A stretch of 32,000 nucleotides of DNA from contig NC_006624.1 in the NCBI RefSeq assembly GCF_000009965.1, positions 1,350,001-1,382,000 of the forward strand. Reading direction: 5' to 3'. Made by a program: the position numbers and the translations under genes. Shown piece by piece: positions 8,381 through 15,537 of this stretch; the stretch's first letter is position 1, and every line of letters begins with the position of its first letter. This stretch comes from Thermococcus kodakarensis KOD1. Its GTDB lineage: Archaea > Methanobacteriota_B > Thermococci > Thermococcales > Thermococcaceae. The notes below the pieces were generated by a model. That model saw only the letters and a list, made by a program, of their open reading frames with translations. It made no database searches and was not told the DNA's origin.

Positions 8381-10642
8381 TCAGCTTGATTCGTTTATCA
8401 CCACCTTTAACCTGCGTCTCCAGAAGAACTCGACCAAGAGGTACGCGAGGACAACCACCCACCCGATTGCAGAATACGCCCTAAGGCGCATAAACGGGTC
8501 GCGGAACTCGGCGTCCACCGTGGATTTCCCCGAGACAGTAATCAGCGTAAGCCCCGTGCGGTCGTCCCTAATTGGTTCCACAAGCTTTCCGTTCACCCTA
8601 ATTTTCCAGTGGGGGTAGTAGCTCTCGGATATCCGCACAAGCATCGGTCTCGACGGTGAGAGTCCAAGCGAGTACTCACCGTCCGATCTGGAAAAGAGCG
8701 TGTAGTTCAGGCTTCCATCGATCCCTGCGAGGCCGAAGATCAACTCCGCCTCCTTCTTTGAGTTCCAGTAGAGGCTGTGGTACAGGAGGTTGCCCCCAAC
8801 GAGGTAGAGGGTGCCGTTTCCAAGCTTCACCAAACCGATTATAGCCTTATCCCCAACCGAGAGGAGCGGCGTCACGTTCTCAAAGACGGGACCGTACCAG
8901 GGCATTCCCTCGTACTCGAAGGGGGCAAAGATCGAGACGTTGAAGACATCAGAGCTTAGGCGAGAATTATCAATGCGCTCCATTACGCCGCACACACCAA
9001 AGAGGCATCCGCTCCCCTCGGGAACCCATACGACCGTACCGCCGTTCCTCACGAAGTTCCAGAGAAGACCCTCCTCTTCCTTTGACGGGTTTCCAGCGTA
9101 AACAACGCCAACGGAACCTGGTGGAATCGCAGCAAGGTTAGACGGATCCTCAAAGTAGGCGTAGTCCACCGGGAGGTCATAGAAGTTTCCAAGGAGCACT
9201 GCCCCAACGGGTTCAACGAAACTGACGTTGGAGGTGTAGATCCAATAGTTACCTATCCTCTCAATCCGAGAATAGTCTTTCACAGTGACGTTGATGGACG
9301 CCATCAAAAACTTCGCAGCGTAGATCTTGAGGTATAAGGATGCATCATTACCAGTGGACAGAGCATACCACATCCTAAGGTGTCCCTCTTCTGCGGGATC
9401 CCCCTCGTGGTACCATCCGTTTAGAGTAGATTTACCCGTAAGAACGGGCAGGTAGCTATGGTGTGAAACACCCGGATGCACTACAAACCTCCAATCTTCC
9501 CCTGGCTGTTCGCGGAGGAACTCGGCGACCTCCATCAAGTCCCCGGGATAAGGCGGGATGGGCTCGGCATAGGGCAGTGCACCGAAGATCAAAATGCCCA
9601 CAGATAAGGCTCCAGCAACGAGCCTCCACTTAAGTTCTACTCCCGTTAAGGCGTCGGCAACGATGAGGGGAACCAGCAGGTTGACCATGTCCATCCATCT
9701 ATACTGGGGTATCATCGAGAGAACCGGAAGGGAATGAATCCATGGGGTCGGCGAGTAGTACCCGAGCGCGAGGTAGATATAAAGTGCGATGAGGCCAAGG
9801 GTGCGGCGCTGGAGAGTCCCCCTGAAATAAGCAACGATAAGGAACGCTGAAAAGACGGCGGTTGATGCTATCCCCACCGGCTCAAGAAAGCGCGAAGGCG
9901 ACACGCTGTAACTCTTGAAGAGCCAAGAATACTGGTATATCTTCCAAAAGTTTGTCCATTCTCTCTCTAAGAGGAATGGGACGTACCAAAAAGATGTAAG
10001 TGCCACGACGATTCCGCCGACCTTGAAAAAGTTTGAGAGAACGCGGGTTTTCCTGAAGTTTTCAAAGAGCAGTACGAGACCAGTGATAACGAGCGGAACC
10101 ATGGCCGAGTGATGGATCAAAGAGATAACCGAGATCGCCACGGCGGATGCCGCCAGGTACCTTTCACGAATGTCAACCGCCCAGAGAAGTGCGAGAAGAA
10201 AGAGGGGAAACAGGTTTATTGAGTTGGCCCTCGGAAAGTTGGCCTCGATATATGCAACTCCAAGGTGCCAGGGAAAGAGCAGAAAAACAACGGGAGCAAC
10301 GTACGGCTCGCGTCCGGTCCTCCTCAGGTAGAAGTGTAGCGCGACAGCACCCACGAACGAGGTCAGCATCAGGGTTGCGGCGTATCCCCTTATATCGCTC
10401 CCGAGCAAGATGCCAAGGAAAGCCCCTATGAGGTACGACAGGGGAGGATAAAATCTGAGGAACGGAAAGCCTGAGTACCAGTCTTCAATCCACGGCTCCC
10501 ACCCATCGCTCATGAGCTTGTGTATCTTGAATAGATGACCGTTGCCGTCCGTATTGAGGGCCGGGGGAGACGGAGCAGTGAACAGCGGGAGGTATAAGAG
10601 CACCGCAATTACCGCCAGAAGGATGAAGTAGGCTCTCCTCAA
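8381..10642 (-). CDS. Polytopic membrane protein with GT-C-like architecture (N-terminal multi-TM domain, large extracytoplasmic domain, C-terminal TM anchor)
   Basis: 753 aa. TTG start at 10640-10642 with GGAGGG SD 7 nt upstream, overlapping the upstream stop (TTGA). ~11-13 TM helices in residues 1-360. First loop is TDGNGHLFKIHKLMSDGWEPWIEDWYSGFPFLRFYPPL. Soluble part carries several NxS/T sequons. Last helix is AIGWVVVLAYLLVEFFW. Confidence 0.8.
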   Translation of the reverse strand: MRRAYFILLAVIAVLLYLPLFTAPSPPALNTDGNGHLFKIHKLMSDGWEPWIEDWYSGFPFLRFYPPLSYLIGAFLGILLGSDIRGYAATLMLTSFVGAVALHFYLRRTGREPYVAPVVFLLFPWHLGVAYIEANFPRANSINLFPLFLLALLWAVDIRERYLAASAVAISVISLIHHSAMVPLVITGLVLLFENFRKTRVLSNFFKVGGIVVALTSFWYVPFLLEREWTNFWKIYQYSWLFKSYSVSPSRFLEPVGIASTAVFSAFLIVAYFRGTLQRRTLGLIALYIYLALGYYSPTPWIHSLPVLSMIPQYRWMDMVNLLVPLIVADALTGVELKWRLVAGALSVGILIFGALPYAEPIPPYPGDLMEVAEFLREQPGEDWRFVVHPGVSHHSYLPVLTGKSTLNGWYHEGDPAEEGHLRMWYALSTGNDASLYLKIYAAKFLMASINVTVKDYSRIERIGNYWIYTSNVSFVEPVGAVLLGNFYDLPVDYAYFEDPSNLAAIPPGSVGVVYAGNPSKEEEGLLWNFVRNGGTVVWVPEGSGCLFGVCGVMERIDNSRLSSDVFNVSIFAPFEYEGMPWYGPVFENVTPLLSVGDKAIIGLVKLGNGTLYLVGGNLLYHSLYWNSKKEAELIFGLAGIDGSLNYTLFSRSDGEYSLGLSPSRPMLVRISESYYPHWKIRVNGKLVEPIRDDRTGLTLITVSGKSTVDAEFRDPFMRLRAYSAIGWVVVLAYLLVEFFWRRRLKVVINESS

Positions 10643-11076
10643 GACGATCCCTCCAGGAGTTCGACGAGCTCAACAAGCCCCTCCAGGTTCGAAGCGAAGA
10701 ACGTTGAGTGCCCATCGGTGCCAAGCCAAAGTCCCCTAACAACCTTCAGGATTTCAACCCTCCCCCAAGAAGCATCTATGAAGCCGCTCGGCACGCCTTT
10801 AACTGGAACGTTGGCGACACCTATTATCACCGCCTTTCGAAGGTGCTCTTCGTGGAGGATGAGGTCACTGAGAACGAATTTCAATAAATCAGGTTCAAAC
10901 CACACCGTTACCGTGTTTTCGGGATAATGACAAACGAGACGTACGTTCCCGCCGTCAACTGAGTACTCGGCTAGGTACCTGTCCCTGCCCTGCCAAGCAC
11001 TCACCCTGTTCTCCCTCAGAAACTTGTCCAGGAACTTCACAAGGTAGGCAACGTTTCTTATTTGTACCACCGCCAT
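10639..11076 (-). CDS. Hypothetical soluble protein (145 aa), translationally coupled to the 753-aa membrane protein
   Basis: Track ORF is 10639-11106. I prefer ATG 11074-11076 (MAVVQIRN...) because the longer start would lie inside the TATA-like TTTTATTT (11105-11112). No recognisable motif. Confidence 0.6.
   Translation of the reverse strand: MAVVQIRNVAYLVKFLDKFLRENRVSAWQGRDRYLAEYSVDGGNVRLVCHYPENTVTVWFEPDLLKFVLSDLILHEEHLRKAVIIGVANVPVKGVPSGFIDASWGRVEILKVVRGLWLGTDGHSTFFASNLEGLVELVELLEGSS
10646..10662 (-). repeat. 17-mer GAACTCCTGGAGGGATC (copy 1) at a coupled stop/start junction
   Basis: Identical to 31228-31244. It ends 3 nt before the downstream start codon (TTG 10642) and encodes ELLEGS of the upstream protein plus the GGAGGG SD. 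Confidence 0.9.
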
Positions 11077-11089
11077 TTCAACCAGTAGG

Positions 11090-11112
11090 TATTTTAAGCA
11101 CCTCAAATAAAA
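11090..11112. promoter_or_regulatory. Back-to-back divergent TATA boxes in a 44-bp intergenic spacer
   Basis: Plus-strand TATTTTAAG (11090-11098) lies 27 nt before ATG 11121. Minus-strand TTTTATTT (11105-11112) lies ~32 nt before ATG 11076. Neither gene has an SD, which fits two leaderless transcripts. Confidence 0.45.
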
Positions 11113-11120
11113 CCCTTACC

Positions 11121-12401
11121 ATGAAACCGGCCCTGAAGTTTCAATCAGCCCTCTATCTGTACATTCTGATAACCATCGGACTGACACTCATAGTTCCGCC
11201 GGCCTATGCACTAGAGGCGGTCCTGATATTCCTGTTCCTAATTGTGTTTTCTGGAACGATATTCTACTCCTTACTGATCGCTGCCTCAAGACGTGACTAT
11301 CCCTTTAAAGTTGAAGCCCATAAGGGAAACCCCTTCTTTGAACCGCTCGTTTACGTCCTGATTCCTGCCCACAATGAAGAGAAAGTCATAGAGATAACGG
11401 CCAGAACCGTACTCAACCAGGACTACCACAACTTCAAGCTGTTCCTGATAAACGACAACTCCACTGACTCAACGAAAGAGATCATGGAGAGAATAGCCTC
11501 TGAAAATCCAAAAAGGGTCGTTGTAATTGACGTTCCCCCCGAAAGGGGAAGGAGCAAGCCAAGGGCCCTTAATTACACCCTTGAACTAATAGAACAGTCA
11601 AGGGATCACCCCGATTACGTTTTCATTCTCGATGCAGACTACCTCTTACCTTCCAACGCCCTCCGCACCCTCGTCGGGATAATGGAAAATGCCCCCGAGT
11701 ACGTCCTGGGCGTTCAAGGGAACGTGAGGCCTAGGAACTGGGACAGGAACTTCGTAACAAAATTCATAACCCTTGAAAGGCTGGTGGGCTTCAACGTCGC
11801 CATAGAGGGGGACATGAAGCTAAACGAAAACGGGAAATACGGTGGGACAGTTGCCCTCCTGAGGTTTTCACACCTTCTCAGGCTCGGCATGTTCAGGGAG
11901 GATTCCGTCACTGAGGACACAGACCTGTGGGCCAGGGCCATGATTTCGGGCTACCGCTTCTGGTACTACCATGGGGTAATCGGCTGGGAGGAGGCCGTAG
12001 AGACCTTGAAGGACTACATAAAGCAGAGGTCGCGCTGGGCACAGGGCCACTTCCAGGTAATGCTCGATTACTACTGGAACGTCCTGAGGAGCTGCTCCGG
12101 AATCACGGAGGGGTTTATAGAGCACTTTTATCTAATAAGCTACCTCGTTCCAGTGTTCTGGTTCCTCTCGGTTGTCTTGAACGGCTACATCATCCTGTCA
12201 GGCAACGTACCGCTCATGCTGGCCAAACCCGGGCTGTTCCTTGCCGTCTCGATAACCGCGTTTTTGGTGTTCTGGGCATCGGTAGCGTATTCCAACTGGG
12301 TGGAGATGAAGAGACACAACTACCACGTGCCCTGGAGCTTCGTCGCGGCGTATCCCTGTACTTCATGGTTTTCGTCCTTGCGGGGGTTGTGTACACCATG
12401 A
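11121..12401 (+). CDS. Membrane-embedded family 2 glycosyltransferase with processive-synthase signature (D, DxD, TED, QxxRW); apparent frameshift near its 3' end
   Basis: 426-aa ORF with 2 N-terminal TM helices. VLIPAHNEE, ILDADY, SVTEDTDL, QRSRWAQGH, then >=4 TM helices. The tail of this frame (VPWSFVAAYPCTSWFSSLRGLCTP) is non-helical, while the -1 frame encodes a proper last helix (see next feature). Confidence 0.85.
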   Translation: MKPALKFQSALYLYILITIGLTLIVPPAYALEAVLIFLFLIVFSGTIFYSLLIAASRRDYPFKVEAHKGNPFFEPLVYVLIPAHNEEKVIEITARTVLNQDYHNFKLFLINDNSTDSTKEIMERIASENPKRVVVIDVPPERGRSKPRALNYTLELIEQSRDHPDYVFILDADYLLPSNALRTLVGIMENAPEYVLGVQGNVRPRNWDRNFVTKFITLERLVGFNVAIEGDMKLNENGKYGGTVALLRFSHLLRLGMFREDSVTEDTDLWARAMISGYRFWYYHGVIGWEEAVETLKDYIKQRSRWAQGHFQVMLDYYWNVLRSCSGITEGFIEHFYLISYLVPVFWFLSVVLNGYIILSGNVPLMLAKPGLFLAVSITAFLVFWASVAYSNWVEMKRHNYHVPWSFVAAYPCTSWFSSLRGLCTP

Positions 12402-12463
12402 GGGGCCTCACAAAGCTCCTGATAGGAAAACTCACATGGGAGAAGACGCAGAGGTTCACTTGA
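12329..12463 (+). other. Out-of-frame (-1) continuation that looks like the authentic C-terminus of the GT2 synthase
   Basis: Frame of track ORF 11927-12463 reads ALELRRGVSLYFMVFVLAGVVYTMRGLTKLLIGKLTWEKTQRFT*. This is a clean TM helix plus a basic W-x-K-T-x-R tail. Upstream of ~12329 that frame is Gly/Arg/Pro-rich nonsense. Confidence 0.55.
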
Positions 12464-12953
12464 AGGGGTCTTTGAGGGAGAGCCTATCAAAGTCGCCTCC
12501 TATTACCGAGGCATAAAGAACGGACGCCACTTTCAAGTCATCCCTAAAGAGTCCCAGGACGTACTCAACTATACCCTTTAGCAGCAGCAGGGTGGCAACG
12601 AGCGCATACCCACCCCTGAGCACGTCGGCAGTGTAAAAGATTACGGAAGCAAGGACGTGGACTGAGGCGTATGCCCCAAAGGGAGGGCTGAAATATTCCT
12701 CAAGGGCACGGAAATATTGGACAAACCTGGTTTTCCTTAGAGAGAGGTAAACCTCACGGTACATCAGGAACGAGGCAAAGAAAAACATCGACGCTACAAG
12801 GTAAACGATGGCATGGGGGAGACTGGCCTCCATAACCCAGAACGCGGTAAAGGCCGAACAAATAACCGCACTAACAAGCAGCGCTACCATGTAGAATCTT
12901 AGAAGGGCCAGCACGCGCCTTCGTTCCCCAGGAAACTTTACCACGACCCTCAT
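12456..12953 (-). CDS. Small integral membrane protein (165 aa, ~4 TM), translationally coupled to ttuA
   Basis: ATG 12951-12953 overlaps the ttuA stop (ATGA). Four hydrophobic segments. No recognisable motif. Confidence 0.65.
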   Translation of the reverse strand: MRVVVKFPGERRRVLALLRFYMVALLVSAVICSAFTAFWVMEASLPHAIVYLVASMFFFASFLMYREVYLSLRKTRFVQYFRALEEYFSPPFGAYASVHVLASVIFYTADVLRGGYALVATLLLLKGIVEYVLGLFRDDLKVASVLYASVIGGDFDRLSLKDPFK

Positions 12954-13870
12954 TTTTCCACCCTGAAGTCAATCGGCTTTTCCAGCCTCCAGAAGCGGCA
13001 GAACGAACAGACCTCTCCGCTCGACGGCATACCGCAGACCTTGCACTCCCTAAGCTCGGTCTCTTTCAGCTCGGCCTCGAAGAGGTGCTTCTTCCTCAGG
13101 TAGCCCTTGACGAAGTTTATCTTCGTTCCGGGCCTCTTCTCCTCCATCTCGTTGAGGATTGCCTTCCACTCGAGGGTCGTGGCTCCCCTCGCATAGGGAC
13201 ACTCGTCTATCTCGTACTCTATGCCGTTGGCCAAAGCGTAGGCAACAACCTCCCTTTCGGTCACCTCGTAGAGGGGCTTTACTTTCTTCACAAGCTTTCC
13301 GTTGAACTGGGAGGGGGTTACCGGGCCCTGCTTCGCCAGGTACTGCGTGTTCCAGTTCATTATGTTGTTGAAGATGAAGCTCGCCTCATCGTCGAGGTTG
13401 TGACCGGTGGCAACTGCGTCGAAGCCGTTGTCGTAGGCGAACTTGTTGAAGATATAGCGCTTGGTTAAGCCGCAGTAGGAGCACGTCGGCCTCCTCGTTC
13501 TCACCTCGCCGATACCATAGCCGAGAAGCTCTTTGAGCCTGACAATGTGAAGGGGAGCACCTATCTTCTCGCACTGCTCCCTAGCGTATCTCTCACCCTT
13601 CTCCGAGTACTCGCCGATGCCGAGGTTTATGTGGAGGCACTCGATATTGTAGCCGAGCTTCTTGAGGACGTGGGCTGTAACTGCCGAGTCCTTACCACCA
13701 CTGACGACGACCAGGACTTTTTCGTCGGGTTTGAGCATCTTGTAGCGCTCTATCGTTCTCTTTACTTTCCTCTCAAAGTACTCGGTGAAGTGCTCCTCGC
13801 AGAGGTACATTTTTGGATAGTGGAGCTTGATGAAGGCTGGTCTCTCACAGAACTTACATTTCATCGGCAT
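12950..13870 (-). CDS. ttuA: tRNA 2-thiolation protein TtuA/NcsA family (PP-loop, Fe-S, zinc fingers)
   Basis: 306 aa. N-terminal CKFC...CEEH, PP-loop VVSGGKDS, cluster cysteines CSYCG and DECPY, GHNLDDE, C-terminal CKVC...CSFC. GGTG lies 6 nt upstream of the ATG. Confidence 0.88.
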   Translation of the reverse strand: MPMKCKFCERPAFIKLHYPKMYLCEEHFTEYFERKVKRTIERYKMLKPDEKVLVVVSGGKDSAVTAHVLKKLGYNIECLHINLGIGEYSEKGERYAREQCEKIGAPLHIVRLKELLGYGIGEVRTRRPTCSYCGLTKRYIFNKFAYDNGFDAVATGHNLDDEASFIFNNIMNWNTQYLAKQGPVTPSQFNGKLVKKVKPLYEVTEREVVAYALANGIEYEIDECPYARGATTLEWKAILNEMEEKRPGTKINFVKGYLRKKHLFEAELKETELRECKVCGMPSSGEVCSFCRFWRLEKPIDFRVEK

Positions 13871-13901
13871 TTTCTACACCAGCAGAGAAAAAGAAGGAGA
13901 G

Positions 13902-13910
13902 TTTAAAAAA
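13902..13910 (-). promoter_or_regulatory. TATA-box candidate for the ttuA operon
   Basis: Minus-strand TTTTTTAAA centred ~36 nt upstream of ATG 13870. The same T-run could terminate the upstream FAD-protein gene. Confidence 0.45.
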
Positions 13911-13911
13911 C

Positions 13912-15405
13912 CTATCCATTGAGGGACTCAACAACACTCTTCCAGTTGCCCGGCTTCCTGAAGTCCTTCTCAGTGTAAAGACCTTCCTTCTTGAGTATCC
14001 CCCTCGCGGCGAGAAGGCCAGTCGCGGCAGCGTTCACTATGTCCCTGCTCAGCCCGGCCCCGTCTCCAGCGGCAAAGATGTTCTCGATGCTCGTCTCAAG
14101 GTTCTCATTCACCTCTGCTCTCATCGCGTAGTACTTAATCTCCGGGGCGTAAAGTAGGGTGTGGTCGCTGGCAACGCCCGGAAGGACTCTGTCAAGCTTC
14201 TCAAGGCCCTCTATGATGTTTGTGACGACGCGGTGTGGCAGGGCCATCGCTATATCTCCCGGAGTAACGTGCTTGAGGGTCGGCTCAACGTCGCTCCTCC
14301 GTATCCTGGCCCAGGTGCTCCTCCTGCCCCTCCTCAGGTCTCCAAGGCGCTGGATTAGGGGTTTTCCGCCGCCTATAGTTGTAGCAAGCTGGGCGATGCT
14401 CTTTCCGTAGGCTGTCGTGTCCTCGACCGGCTCGGTCAGTTCTATCCTCGTCAGGAAGGCGAAGTTGGTGTTGTTGCTCTTCTTTTCGTGCATGGAGTGG
14501 CCGTTCACGCCGACGTAGGAATCGTACTTCTCCTCAACCACGAAGCCGTTCGGGTTTGTGCAGAAGGTCCTCACGAAGTCGTCGTAGGTGTCTGTGTAGA
14601 TGTGGAACTTGGGGTCGTGGTTTATGCTCGTTATTGGCTCCATAACTATGGCCGGAACCTCGACGCGAACTCCAACGTCAATCGGCCCGTGCCTTGCCTT
14701 CAGCCCAATCTTCTGGGCAACGTCGTGGAACCAGTCGGCGCCTCCCCTCCCCGGGGCGACTATGATGTATCTAGTTCTAATCTCAAAGACGTCCTTTCCG
14801 CGCTTTACCTTCACCCAACCCTTGTTGAACTCAAGGGCCTTCGTCCAGAGAAGGAATTTGACACCCTTGCTCTCCAGGTATCGCTTAATGTCGCCTATTA
14901 CCTCGGGCGTCCTGTCGGAGCCTATGTGCCTCTGGATTATCGGGATGAACTTCACCCCAGCCTGGGCAGCCCTCTGTTCCCAGTACTTGACCTGCTCTGG
15001 ATCGCCCTTGAAGAGGTTCCTTGGGGCCTTATGTCTCAGGAGAATCTGGTCGACCTCCCAGACGAGCTGCCAGGCGTAGTTCTCGTCGTTGGTCAGCTCC
15101 CTAAGGTCGCCGCCGATGTCCGGGCGGAGGTTTATCGTGCCATCGCTCAGCCCGCCCGCGCCACCGACGCCGCTCATTATGTGGCAGGGCTGGCAGCCGA
15201 CACAGTAGCCGAGCTCGTACATTGGGCACTTCCTCTGGTCAACGTCGCCACCCTCGTCGATGACGAGAACCTTAAAATCGCTCTTTTCGGCAAGCTCGTA
15301 GGCTGCAAAAAGGCCAGCGGGGCCAGCACCGATTATAACAACATCGTACGCCTTTCCGCTTCCGTTTCCAGAAACCATATTTCCCTTACCGATGTCTATG
15401 GCCAT
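13912..15405 (-). CDS. FAD-dependent oxidoreductase of the uncharacterised COG2509-like type
   Basis: Track ORF runs to 15447. I prefer ATG 15403-15405 (MAIDIGKGN...). Dinucleotide fold YDVVIIGAGPAGLFAAYE and C-terminal FAAGDGAG. ~497 aa. Confidence 0.8.
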   Translation of the reverse strand: MAIDIGKGNMVSGNGSGKAYDVVIIGAGPAGLFAAYELAEKSDFKVLVIDEGGDVDQRKCPMYELGYCVGCQPCHIMSGVGGAGGLSDGTINLRPDIGGDLRELTNDENYAWQLVWEVDQILLRHKAPRNLFKGDPEQVKYWEQRAAQAGVKFIPIIQRHIGSDRTPEVIGDIKRYLESKGVKFLLWTKALEFNKGWVKVKRGKDVFEIRTRYIIVAPGRGGADWFHDVAQKIGLKARHGPIDVGVRVEVPAIVMEPITSINHDPKFHIYTDTYDDFVRTFCTNPNGFVVEEKYDSYVGVNGHSMHEKKSNNTNFAFLTRIELTEPVEDTTAYGKSIAQLATTIGGGKPLIQRLGDLRRGRRSTWARIRRSDVEPTLKHVTPGDIAMALPHRVVTNIIEGLEKLDRVLPGVASDHTLLYAPEIKYYAMRAEVNENLETSIENIFAAGDGAGLSRDIVNAAATGLLAARGILKKEGLYTEKDFRKPGNWKSVVESLNG

Positions 15406-15537
15406 TGCCTTAAAAAGTTTTTGGCTAAAATTAGTCAAAAAATTCAAAAGATTTCGAGATATTTAAACATTTTTATGTCAAAAAACGCCCGAAACATTTA
15501 AACGCATTCAGACAATAGACTTGTACCAGTGAGTACA

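Noticed and set aside
9401-9423. NGWYHEGD as the WWDYG motif of an AglB/STT3 oligosaccharyltransferase
   Set aside because: Only W and G match, which is too weak to call the 753-aa protein an AglB paralog. I kept the broader GT-C-like description instead.
11927-12328. Upstream part of the 178-aa alternative-frame ORF inside the GT2 gene
   Set aside because: Only the last ~45 codons look protein-like. The rest (GQGHDFGLPLLVLPWGNRLGGGRRD...) is out-of-frame noise overlapping the conserved TED/QxxRW region of the real frame.
14488-15501. 337-aa plus-strand ORF (and 14600-15079, 14159-14410)
   Set aside because: They are antisense to the FAD-oxidoreductase gene, which carries a clear GxGxxG fold. 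The shadow frames have no motifs.
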